Positions 8,660 through 17,233 of a DNA stretch of 64,000 bases are shown here, in pieces (positions within the stretch are counted from its first letter, which is position 1; each line of letters opens with the position of its first letter). The stretch is from Nitrospinota bacterium (GTDB taxonomy: Bacteria; UBA8248): assembly GCA_030754595.1 (NCBI GenBank), contig JASLZZ010000077.1, forward strand, positions 33,701 through 97,700, in the 5' to 3' direction. The translations under genes and the position numbers were made by a program. The notes beneath the pieces were generated by a model. The model saw nothing but the letters and a program-made list of their open reading frames with translations. It made no database searches and was not told where the DNA came from.

Positions 8660-11600
8660 TTGAAATTCAAGCGTATCGAAATGTTAGGGTTCAAGTCCTT
8701 TGTGGACAAAACCGTCATTGAATTCGGAGAGGATTTAACGGCGATAGTCGGGCCGAATGGTTGTGGAAAAAGTAATGTTAGCGACGCTATCCGGTGGGTC
8801 CTGGGCGAGCAGGGGCCCAAGAACCTCCGGGCCAAAAAAATGGAAGACCTCATTTTCAGCGGCAGCGCAGACCGAAAGCCCTTGGGAATGGCGGAAGTTT
8901 CCTTGACTGTCTCGGATCTGAAAGGGGTTGTTACAGCCCCCCAGTTCAAGGACTACGACGATCTCGTCGTCACTCGGAGGCTTTACCGATCGGGCGAGAG
9001 CGAATATCTCATTAATCGAAATCCTTGCCGGCTGAAGGACATTACCGATCTATTCCTCGATACAGGGGTCTCGCTGGATACTTTCTCGATAATCGAGCAA
9101 GGGCGTATCGAGGGACTCGTCAACGCAAAGCCGATGGATCGCCGTGTGTTTATCGAAGAGGCGGCTGGCATCATGAAGTATAAAAGCCGGCGAAACGAGG
9201 CTCTCCGGAAACTGGAGTTGGCGCAGGTAAATCTTCTGCGTGTGGCCGATGTGATGAGCGAGAAAGAGACCCGCCTTCGCTCTCTTCGCCGTCAGGCTCG
9301 TAAGGCCACGTTTCACAAAGAGTACCAAAATGAAATTGATGAGCTGGAAATCTGTATTTCAAGTCTGGATCTGCTTCGCCTTGATGCCAATCTGGAACCA
9401 GCCGAGTGGGAGTACGCCCGAATCAATGAGCAAAACGAGGTTCACTCCGCCGCATTTTCCGCGAGAGAGGCCGAACGGGAAAAGTGCCGAATCGAAGTGG
9501 CTGAGTTTTCCGAGGAACTCGCTGAGACGCGCCGCCGGGCGGTAGAGGTGGAAGGTTATCTCCAGAGGCTCGAGAATCGACTGGAAATGCTTTCAAGCCG
9601 CTTGGTGGAACTCGACGGGGAGGATGAGCGGCGGCGAGAGGAAATGCAGTCCTTGGAGGAGGAATCGCGGAAACTCGAGGAAGAGCGTGAACAGTTGGTG
9701 GCCCGTGAAGCTTCTCTTTCCCGGGAAGCCGATTCGGCTCGTCTCAAGTACGAAGAAAGCTCAGATGAATTGAATGGACTGCGGTCAGAGTTGTCGAAAT
9801 GGGAAGCGGCCGAAGCGGATATCCGGAAGCTCCACACAAGCGAATCCAAGAGTCTTAGTAATGTCCGCGAGCGAATTGCATCGGGTGAATCTCGGCGCGA
9901 GGCAATCCGTGAGTCAATTGAGCGTTTGGACAAGGAGTTATCTGAGGCCACTCAGATTCGCAATGAAGTGCAAAAGGAGACTGAATCCGTTGCTGTCCGC
10001 TTCAACGGTTTGTCGGTTGATGTGGACTCTGCAAAATTGGAACTGGAAGGCGCCAACGCTGAAAAATCCCGCCTGGAAGTCATGCTTCGCGAATGCGAGG
10101 CGGCGGTGGCGGCATCGAAAGAGGCGCTTGTCGAATCCAGATCCTCGCTTCAAGTGATCGAAAGCCTCGAAAACGGGGATTCGAATGAGTTCTGCGGGGC
10201 GGATGCATTTCGCGTGGCGGGTGTGGAGGTTCGGAATGTATTATCGGAAGTGCTGAAAGTCGAGCCTCGCTATGAAAAAGCCATCGAGGCGGCGCTGGGA
10301 GCCAAGCTCAAGGGTGTGGTGGTGTCGGACTCCGAATCCAGCATTGCCGCGATTAAAAATCTGATTTCCTCGGGTCGGAAAGGAAGGGGTTTAGCCATTC
10401 CTGCCATTCCTCGAAGGTTGACATTGCCCTATATTCCGCGTCTTGACGGAGTCGATGGCGGGGCCATCGATTTGGTCGGTTTTCCGGACGATTACCGTTC
10501 GCTCATGGAATCGCTTCTTGCCGGTGTGGGAATTACCCGGGATTTAGACGCAGCTTATGAGGCGTGGCGCTCAGGGCCGGACGGTATCACCTGGGTCACC
10601 TTGGCGGGAGAGTTGGTGTTGCCGTCCGGTGCCGCGGAAGGGGGTAGTATCTCCGATGCGGGTGCGGGTGTTCTCGAAAGAAAACGTCGGCGCGAGGAGC
10701 TAAAACTCTCGGCGGCCGGGCAGGAATCGAAGCTGGCCGGGGCCACCGAAAAAGAGATGGACTGCTGTCAGGCCCTTGGCCGAGCGCAGGAAGAGGCGGT
10801 GCAGGTAGAGCGGAAGGTCCGCGGGGCGGAACTGGCCCGCGTCGAGGTCGAAGGGGGCCTTCGTTCATTCCAGGAAAAACTATCGGTTTCGGTTGAGCGC
10901 TGCGATATTCTCGCCGCACAGTGTTCGGACCTGAGCGGAGAGCTGGAGCGGATCGAAGTCGGCCGCCGGGAGGCGGAAAGAGAGTCGGACAGGGTGGGGG
11001 CGGTCTTGCGGGATGCCGAGACCCGCAGTGCGGAAATCGAGAAAGAACAGACTCGCGCAGGAGAGCAGGCCGCCCGTCTGGAAGAGGAGGTCTCCGACAG
11101 GCGCGTCCAGATGTCCGAGGCACAAGGGAAGGCCACCGGCCTGCGGGCGGAGCTCAACCGGGTTGCGGAGACGATTCAACAGAACATCTCCCGGGCGGCC
11201 CGAAGGAGGGAAGAGGAGGAGGACTCTTGCCAAAAACGCGAGAGTCTGAATTTGAATCTCACCCAGAGCCATGATGAAATTGATCGGTTCAGGAGAGAGA
11301 AATCCGGGCTCGAGACAGAGCAAGGGGAGCGTTCCAGCGTCGTGGACGATGTTCGTGCCCGCGACGAAGAGCTGGCTAATCTTTTGCGGGAGATGCGGGA
11401 TGAAGCTGTACGCATCCAGTCAAGTCTCTCCGAGGCGGCCGAGCGGCGGACCACCCTACGTGTCCAGCGAAATTCGATGGTCGAATCGGCGCGAAACGAT
11501 TTCGACCTTGATCTAATCGCATTGGCCCAAGAAAATAAGGAGCAGCTCACAAGTTACGATGAGCACACCACCCGGCTCGAAATGCTTCGAACGCGGTTGT

Positions 11601-12304
11601 CACGGATGGGTGTTGTGAATCCGCTGGCTGCCCAGGAGTTCGACGAGATCAACCAAGAATACTCCTTCCTCAAGGAGCAGCAGGAGGATCTAGAGAAGTC
11701 CATTAAGGACCTTCATTTAACCATCGATAAGCTGAACCAGACGACGAGAAGGCGTTTCCTGGAGGCTTTCGAGCAGGTGAGCACTCAATTCGCGGATATT
11801 TTCGGACGCCTGTTCCAAGGTGGGGAGGCGCGCATGTACCTCATCGACCCGAATGACCCTCTTGAGACGGGGGTGGACATCGAGGTGCGGCCACCGGGCA
11901 AGCGTCCGGCGAACATCATGCTCCTCTCGGCAGGCGAGAAGGCACTGACGGCGCTGGCGCTGCTCTTTTCGGTCTTCTCCGTTCGCCCGAGCCCTTTCTG
12001 TCTCCTCGACGAGGTGGACGCTACTCTTGACGATGCAAACGTGGGCCGGTTTCGTGACGTAATCGCCGAGCTCGAAGACAAGAGCCAGTTCATTCTGATC
12101 ACCCACAACAAGCGGACGATGTCCTACGCTACCCGACTCTACGGCGTGACCCAGCGCGAGAAGGGCGTGTCCATCATTGTTTCGGTGAAAATGAATCGCG
12201 CTGATGAAAACGAAAATCGCGCCGACGGCCGAGAGGTGGCCGAGGCGGAAGTTGCCACTGAAGGCGAGGAAGTGGCTGCGGCGATGGATTCCGGTAGCGC
12301 CTAG
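8660..12304 (+). CDS. smc: Chromosome segregation protein SMC
   Basis: TTG start. N-terminal FKSF...GPNGCGKSN Walker A, a long Glu/Arg/Leu-rich coiled coil with a central hinge, and C-terminal LSAGEKALTALALLF / LLDEVDATLD signature and Walker B motifs. Confidence 0.95.
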   Translation: MKFKRIEMLGFKSFVDKTVIEFGEDLTAIVGPNGCGKSNVSDAIRWVLGEQGPKNLRAKKMEDLIFSGSADRKPLGMAEVSLTVSDLKGVVTAPQFKDYDDLVVTRRLYRSGESEYLINRNPCRLKDITDLFLDTGVSLDTFSIIEQGRIEGLVNAKPMDRRVFIEEAAGIMKYKSRRNEALRKLELAQVNLLRVADVMSEKETRLRSLRRQARKATFHKEYQNEIDELEICISSLDLLRLDANLEPAEWEYARINEQNEVHSAAFSAREAEREKCRIEVAEFSEELAETRRRAVEVEGYLQRLENRLEMLSSRLVELDGEDERRREEMQSLEEESRKLEEEREQLVAREASLSREADSARLKYEESSDELNGLRSELSKWEAAEADIRKLHTSESKSLSNVRERIASGESRREAIRESIERLDKELSEATQIRNEVQKETESVAVRFNGLSVDVDSAKLELEGANAEKSRLEVMLRECEAAVAASKEALVESRSSLQVIESLENGDSNEFCGADAFRVAGVEVRNVLSEVLKVEPRYEKAIEAALGAKLKGVVVSDSESSIAAIKNLISSGRKGRGLAIPAIPRRLTLPYIPRLDGVDGGAIDLVGFPDDYRSLMESLLAGVGITRDLDAAYEAWRSGPDGITWVTLAGELVLPSGAAEGGSISDAGAGVLERKRRREELKLSAAGQESKLAGATEKEMDCCQALGRAQEEAVQVERKVRGAELARVEVEGGLRSFQEKLSVSVERCDILAAQCSDLSGELERIEVGRREAERESDRVGAVLRDAETRSAEIEKEQTRAGEQAARLEEEVSDRRVQMSEAQGKATGLRAELNRVAETIQQNISRAARRREEEEDSCQKRESLNLNLTQSHDEIDRFRREKSGLETEQGERSSVVDDVRARDEELANLLREMRDEAVRIQSSLSEAAERRTTLRVQRNSMVESARNDFDLDLIALAQENKEQLTSYDEHTTRLEMLRTRLSRMGVVNPLAAQEFDEINQEYSFLKEQQEDLEKSIKDLHLTIDKLNQTTRRRFLEAFEQVSTQFADIFGRLFQGGEARMYLIDPNDPLETGVDIEVRPPGKRPANIMLLSAGEKALTALALLFSVFSVRPSPFCLLDEVDATLDDANVGRFRDVIAELEDKSQFILITHNKRTMSYATRLYGVTQREKGVSIIVSVKMNRADENENRADGREVAEAEVATEGEEVAAAMDSGSA

Positions 12305-12344
12305 GCCCTCCTTGCGATTTCGATTGAGCTGAGAATACTGCCAA

Positions 12345-12380
12345 CCCCCGCGGCACATTCGGCTGCGGGGGTTCTTCTTT
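12345..12380 (+). terminator. Candidate intrinsic terminator after smc
   Basis: Stem CCCCCGCGGC / GGCTGCGGGGG (7 GC pairs plus 3 further pairs including one G-U), a 7-nt loop, then TTCTTCTTT. Confidence 0.55.
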
Positions 12381-12406
12381 GAAACATCTCTAAAGAGGGG
12401 GATCGA

Positions 12407-13408
12407 GTGGTCCTTCGATTCGGCGAAAAGAAAACGGCCGGGGATATTCCCTCCGAAATTGGAGATGCGGGAAGTGGCGGCGCCCGGAGATGGCTGGGCG
12501 GTCTCCGACGGGGGCTGTCCAAGACCCGCGCTTCTCTCGCATCGACCTTAGGTGTGGTCCTTTCCGGCATATCTCGGCTCGATCCCGAGTCTATCGACGA
12601 CATCGAGGAGGCGCTCTATATGGCCGATATCGGCCCGACCACCGTAGAGGCAGTCATGGAGGCGCTCCGTCGCGGCGAGGGTGAGGGCGAGAGCCCGAGC
12701 ACGCGCGTGCGCTCGATTCTGCTCTCACTCATGGAGCACCCGGCCCAGTTTCCGCCCGCTAAGGGCGAAGGGTCGCCCGAAGGCGAACCCGAGATCGTCT
12801 TCCTCGTCGGCGTCAACGGCTCCGGAAAAACAACAACGGCGGGCAAACTTGCCTCCCGCCTCGCCGCTGAGGGGCGAAAAGTCATGTTCGCCGCCGCCGA
12901 CACCTTCCGCGCTGCAGCTGGCGAACAGGTCGAGGTCTGGGCGGAGCGAAGCGGATGCCACATCGTCCGCCACAAGGAGGGCGCCGACCCCGGCGCCGTG
13001 GTATTCGATGCTATCGCCTCCGCCCGCGCGCGCGGGGCCGATATCCTCCTCGTCGACACCGCCGGCCGCCTCCACACCAAGAAAAACCTCATGGACGAAC
13101 TCATCAAAGTCCGCCGCGTTGCCGAGCGCCAGCTCCCCGGCGCCCCGCACGAGATCCTTCTTGTCCTCGACGCCACCTCCGGCCAGAACGCCCTCGCCCA
13201 GGTGCGTGAATTCGGCCCCGCACTAGGCGTCACAGGCCTCGTCGTCACTAAACTCGACGGCTCCGCCAAGGGCGGCGTCCTCATCGGCGCCGTCCACGAA
13301 AGCGGCCTCCCCGTCCGCTGGATAGGCGTCGGCGAGGGCACGGACGACCTCCTCCCCTTCGACGCCAAGGCCTTCACCGACGCCCTGTTCGAGGCCGAGG
13401 GGGCCTGA
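12407..13408 (+). CDS. ftsY: Signal recognition particle receptor FtsY
   Basis: GVNGSGKTTTAGKLA (G1), DTAGRL (G3), TKLDG (G4) and the typical GVGEGTDDLLPF tail. GTG start. Confidence 0.93.
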   Translation: MVLRFGEKKTAGDIPSEIGDAGSGGARRWLGGLRRGLSKTRASLASTLGVVLSGISRLDPESIDDIEEALYMADIGPTTVEAVMEALRRGEGEGESPSTRVRSILLSLMEHPAQFPPAKGEGSPEGEPEIVFLVGVNGSGKTTTAGKLASRLAAEGRKVMFAAADTFRAAAGEQVEVWAERSGCHIVRHKEGADPGAVVFDAIASARARGADILLVDTAGRLHTKKNLMDELIKVRRVAERQLPGAPHEILLVLDATSGQNALAQVREFGPALGVTGLVVTKLDGSAKGGVLIGAVHESGLPVRWIGVGEGTDDLLPFDAKAFTDALFEAEGA

Positions 13409-13690
13409 GGGGGATAACCCGAAAATATCGATCCGCCCGCGAGCCAACCCACATTTTCGATCATTTCTGCGCAATTCCTCCGCCCGCACAGCACTCCCGC
13501 GGGGAGCACTACCCGCAATTCTTCCGGTCCGCTAGAGCTATCTCCCCTCCTGTGGGTCAGCACTCTCCTGCCGGGTGCCGCGTTTCCATGGGCGAGGTAG
13601 CGCTTCCGTCAAGGTAGTGCCCTCCCATAAAGAGGGCTCTCTGTAGCTTCCGTCAAGGAAAATACTGCCGACTCTACTGCCCGTACAACT

Positions 13691-13711
13691 CCCTCCCCCG
13701 CCGGGGGAGGG
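13691..13711. other. GC-rich stem-loop in the ftsY-ybaK intergenic region
   Basis: CCCTCCCC (13691-13698) pairs with GGGGAGGG (13704-13711). Only a weak T-rich tail follows (TGTATTT). Confidence 0.3.
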
Positions 13712-13764
13712 CTGGGGTGGGTGTATTTAAAAACGCGCAAAATCCGCCCCGGGCCCCATATTAG

Positions 13765-13877
13765 TAGAAGTCATTTCATAACCCATTCCCGAGGTTTCCA
13801 CCCCTGTGAGAAGGCCGATAAAATCAAGGCCTTTGACGGACGAAGATTCCGCGAAAGAGGTTATGAAATGACCTCTA
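13765..13877 (-). mobile_element. MITE-like element, copy B (inverted relative to copy A)
   Basis: Core 13767-13875 is the reverse complement of 6345-6453 with one mismatch. It is flanked by TA (13765-66) and TA (13876-77). Confidence 0.85.
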
Positions 13878-13976
13878 GTCAAGTGAAAGCGCCCTCTCCC
13901 AGACGGTGCACCCCTCACGGGAAAGCACTACAGCCCCGACCTGCCCCGATCTCCCGGCCCCGCGAAGGAGATCGCC

Positions 13977-14474
13977 ATGCCCCTCCGTAAACTCAGGGAA
14001 TCCCTCGACCAGGCGGGCGTCCGCTACACCCTCATCCGCCACTCCCCCGCCATGACCGCCCAGGAGGTGGCCGCCTCCGCCCACACCCCCGGCAAGGAAG
14101 TCGCCAAGACCGTCATGGTCCTCCTCAACCGCCGGATGGCCATGGCCGTCCTGCCCGCCTCCTACAAGGTCGATTTCCGCCGGCTCCGCGAGGCCTCCGG
14201 CGCCGACGAAGCCCGCCTCGCCACCGAGGCCGAGTTCGGCGAAAAATTCCCCGAGTGCGAGCTCGGTGCCATGCCCCCCTTCGGCAACCTCTACGGCATG
14301 GAGGTCTACGCCTCAGAGTCTCTCGCCGAGGACGATGAGATCGCCTTCAGCGCCGGCGCCCATACCGAGTTCATCCGCCTCGCCTACGACGACTTCGAGC
14401 GCCTCGCCCGGCCCACCGTCATCCGCTTTTCCGAGCCCGCCCTCCCCGCCGCCCACGGGCCGGATATTTGGTAG
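13977..14474 (+). CDS. YbaK/ProX-type aminoacyl-tRNA deacylase (editing-domain) family protein
   Basis: AAGGAG lies 8-9 nt upstream of the ATG. Length is about 165 aa. The pattern ...H.P..T..E.A......G.E.AKT......G...AVLPAS..VD...L......L....EF...FP.CE.GAMPPFG matches this fold family as I remember it. Confidence 0.65.
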   Translation: MPLRKLRESLDQAGVRYTLIRHSPAMTAQEVAASAHTPGKEVAKTVMVLLNRRMAMAVLPASYKVDFRRLREASGADEARLATEAEFGEKFPECELGAMPPFGNLYGMEVYASESLAEDDEIAFSAGAHTEFIRLAYDDFERLARPTVIRFSEPALPAAHGPDIW

Positions 14475-14489
14475 CACTCACGTCAAGAG

Positions 14490-14533
14490 AGTGCTGTAGC
14501 TCCCAATGGGAGTGCTGTAGCCCTCCAAATGGG
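14490..14533 (+). repeat. Two tandem imperfect units (21 and 23 nt), AGTGCTGTAGC[C]CTCC[A]AATGGG-like
   Basis: 14490-14510 reads agtgctgtagctcccaatggg. It is directly followed by 14511-14533, agtgctgtagccctccaaatggg. Confidence 0.8.
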
Positions 14534-14620
14534 CAGCCAGCACTTCTCTGGGCGGGGAGTGCTATCTCTTCGGTTGGGGAGGGGAAGCGTGGGAGTGAAG
14601 CCGTTAGATCCCGTCACATC

Positions 14621-15007
14621 TCATTTATTCAATTCCATATTCTCTTTAAACTCTGCTTCGTCCCGCTTGTATTGCCTGAGCCTTTCCGATTTCCAGGCGA
14701 TTCCTTTTCCAACCACGACACCCGCCGCCAACAAGGCGAGCGTTCCCAAGGTGTTTTCGATGACACTTTGACCAACACCAAGCAATAGGTTCGCCGTTCC
14801 TTTCGCCAAGGATGCAACGCCTTCATTCACCACCACCCCCATCGCGAAATCAATCGGAAGCCGGTAAGCCCCCTCCAGCGCGGCCCAGGCCCCCTTGCTC
14901 AGATCCCTGGCGGCACCCAATCCCGCCAGGTAAAACGGAAGGCTGATTCCCTTGTTCACCAGGTACCAGGCCAGATTCACCGCCTTATTCATCTCGATCC
15001 GCCCCAA
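14621..15007 (-). CDS. Hypothetical small Gly/Ala-rich membrane protein
   Basis: Two or three hydrophobic stretches (GISLPFYLAGLGAA, GVVVNEGVASLA, LGTLALLAAGVVVG) precede a charged tail (KSERLRQYKRDEAEFKENMELNK). The start is TTG 15007 or ATG 14992. It abuts the stop of the upstream pseudogene. I recognise no family. Confidence 0.45.
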   Translation of the reverse strand: MGRIEMNKAVNLAWYLVNKGISLPFYLAGLGAARDLSKGAWAALEGAYRLPIDFAMGVVVNEGVASLAKGTANLLLGVGQSVIENTLGTLALLAAGVVVGKGIAWKSERLRQYKRDEAEFKENMELNK

Positions 15008-15986
15008 TTAATCTTTCTCTTCAACCAGTTCAAAGAAACGGTTAACCGTTCCAAGAAATTCGTCGAGTTCCTCATCAGTGAAATACCGCTCCCCGTCTTC
15101 TCCGAAGATTTCCCTGGTCTTTTCCTATGGAATTGCAAAAAACTCCGCGAACGCACTTGAAACAACCCAAAGGTAATGCTTTCCCGCCTCTATAAGGTTG
15201 TGTCCAATATGTGAACAAACACCTTCGGGCGTTCCCCTGTGGTGCGTACATGATGCTGGCCTTAAGAGGCCGAAGCCTAAGACCGTGCCTGATTGCGGTC
15301 TCGTATGCCTCACGGAATTTCACACCGATACCGTTCTCTGCCGCTTTTTCAAGCAGGTTTTCAACTGTCATCCTGGGGGGCTTCAGATCTTTCAGGTTGT
15401 CCGTTTCGGATTCGGTCATTTCGCGTACAAGAATTTGTCCTCTGGGCTCGGACTGAAAAACCTGGAAAGAAACGACCGTTATCTGAATTTCCTTTCTGGA
15501 CAGATATTCAACCATCCGGTCGAGTCCGGCATCCTATCCGGTCCCGACGACATATATCTCAACCTCTCTTTCCTCATCGGGAGGGTCATTAGTTCCGATG
15601 CGCTCTTTAAGGATTTCTTCGAGATTTTTAGTCTCTCCGGATTTCTTAAGATTATCGCTCACCTTATCGGAGAGTTCGGTGAAGGGCATTTCTTCGATGC
15701 AAGAGGCATAGTCGATAGCCTGAGCGACAGTTTCGCGGCGCACCATACCTTTTTTTATCTCAATCAAGACCCATCGCCCCTGATGGTCCAATGCAAGCAA
15801 ATCAAGAGGACCAGCCTCGACGTATATCTGTCTCCCGATTATTTTGAGGCCGCCCAAGAGAAGAGACGGGTCGTTTTCAATCCAATCTTCGAGGTGCTTT
15901 TCCAGGGACACATCCCCAGAACCCAATCTCTTCGGGCCATTGTCACTAATTTGCCAAAGCCCGATTTGTTGCAAGAATTTCTCCAA
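15008..15986 (-). pseudogene. NucS/DUF91-like PD-(D/E)xK nuclease gene, disrupted (two in-frame TAG codons and one frameshift)
   Basis: The N-terminal part contains GPLDLLALDHQGRWVLIEIKKG, a restriction-endonuclease-fold core. TAG at 15534-15536 is in frame, and the reading continues ...VVGTG*DAGLDRMVEYL.... The frame changes by 1 nt near 15200-15215. A second in-frame TAG lies at 15125-15127. The coding-like sequence ends at TAA 15008-15010. Confidence 0.7.
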
Positions 15987-16149
15987 TCGGAAATAGAAAT
16001 CTTTTGGCGAAATAATTAGAGCGGTCTTACCTATTGACTTGCGGTCTGCCTTCCCTTGAGGGCAGATACAAGAGTTACTCCGAAATCAATCCACCCTTAC
16101 ATGCTTTTCCAATTAAATAGCTAACAAAGAAGGTAAATGCGCCAATAAC

Positions 16150-16596
16150 TTAGGCGGAAAATTGGGAGTGATTGTCATTTATCCAAGCGTCGACAATTTC
16201 CCTGAATTCATTCGCCTTCTCTAGCAAATCCTTGGCCTCTGAATCAGAAGTAATGCCTGCGATGTCATAATCAACATTGTGTCTCTTTCTTCTGCATTGA
16301 TCAAAGTAATCCACCATGTCATCCAGGTTGCCGCCCAGGGCCAACCGCACTGCCTCAAGGGTAGTTACATGGTGGCCAGGTTTCTCGGGAATACGGTAAC
16401 CCTCACAAGCTATAACCATCCTTGATAATTGAAGGACCGCATTATATGAAGTGGCCAGACAACGGTCCGCGGAAAGACCGGGCAGGGACGAATCGGCAAG
16501 GTCGCGCCCTACCACACCTCGAAGGCTTTCAATCTCTTCCTTGCTGGTTTTGTGGTTCTGTATCTTTCCCGCTACCAATAACATTTTCCATGACAT
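16150..16596 (-). CDS. HEPN-domain protein (putative toxin of an MNT/HEPN pair)
   Basis: About 148 aa and helical, with an RRKRHNVDYD motif near the C-terminal third (HEPN R-x4-6-H/Y-type site). It lies directly downstream of, and overlaps, a nucleotidyltransferase gene. ATG 16596 sits 6 nt after AGGAG. Confidence 0.7.
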   Translation of the reverse strand: MSWKMLLVAGKIQNHKTSKEEIESLRGVVGRDLADSSLPGLSADRCLATSYNAVLQLSRMVIACEGYRIPEKPGHHVTTLEAVRLALGGNLDDMVDYFDQCRRKRHNVDYDIAGITSDSEAKDLLEKANEFREIVDAWINDNHSQFSA

Positions 16597-17233
16597 GAAC
16601 ATCTCCTATCAGGAAAAATTTCTCATCATTAAAAACAGTTCGAAGGAAATGATTATTTTGCTCCAATTTATCGACAACCTCTTGGCAAGTTAAGAATGTC
16701 GGATTCACGTCCCGCCCTAACTTCCTCTCTGCTTCACTGATTTTGGACGCGATTTCCGACAAGCGTAATGAGCCAACCACAAGCAAATCCACATCGCTCT
16801 CGGAATGTTCTTCCGAGCGTGCAAAAGAGCCATACACAAAAGAAAAATCTATTTTCCCGGCAAATGGTTCCAGCACTTCTCTTAATACATCCAACAAACC
16901 CACGGACTTTGTGAGTAAATTCTTGATATCTACAAGTAAAGGATTGTCGGTATTAGGTTGATAGTAAATGTTCCTTCCTTCTTGGCTGCGATTTAAAATT
17001 CCGGCTTCTGTTAATTTTATTAGCTCATTTCGAAGGCTGGAAGGATTCCGGTTTAAGTGTCTCGACAAATCCGCCAAATACCATCTCTTCTTTGAATGCA
17101 TTATCGTAGCGGTTAATACTTCCTGCCTGATTTTTGGCATTAAAGCATCGATTGTTTTTTTCCCGGTTTTTCGTTTTGTGGCATTTGAATATTCGGGGGC
17201 GCTTGAAGAGGAATTCAAATCCTGGGCCATCAT
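16529..17233 (-). CDS. wHTH (ArsR-like) domain fused to a minimal nucleotidyltransferase (MNT); putative antitoxin/regulator
   Basis: The N-terminal part (WYLADLSRHLNRNPSSLRNELIKLTEAGILNRSQEGRNIYYQPN) looks like a winged helix. The C-terminal part has the GSFARSEEHSESDVDLLVVG polymerase-beta-type NT motif. Confidence 0.75.
   Translation of the reverse strand: MMAQDLNSSSSAPEYSNATKRKTGKKTIDALMPKIRQEVLTATIMHSKKRWYLADLSRHLNRNPSSLRNELIKLTEAGILNRSQEGRNIYYQPNTDNPLLVDIKNLLTKSVGLLDVLREVLEPFAGKIDFSFVYGSFARSEEHSESDVDLLVVGSLRLSEIASKISEAERKLGRDVNPTFLTCQEVVDKLEQNNHFLRTVFNDEKFFLIGDVHVMENVIGSGKDTEPQNQQGRD

Noticed and set aside
13409-13764. A hidden protein-coding gene or known structured ncRNA in the 355-nt gap after ftsY.
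   Set aside because: No frame stays open with a plausible start and SD. The only ORF (13223-13489, minus strand) is an ftsY shadow. I recognise no riboswitch or RNA family, so the gap is recorded as a repeat-rich region instead.
14490-14533. Possible degenerate CRISPR array or leader, given the short direct repeats near an accessory islet.
   Set aside because: The units are only 21-23 nt and directly adjacent with no spacers. There are only two tandem copies, and no cas genes are in the window.
15125-15536. TAG (amber) reassignment or readthrough as the explanation for the two in-frame TAGs in the nuclease-like gene.
   Set aside because: Host genes in the same window terminate at TAG where their conserved C-termini are expected to end (acpP, smc, lysS, lpxK, the gamma-CA-like gene). 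The same gene also carries a frameshift. Pseudogenisation is the simpler explanation.
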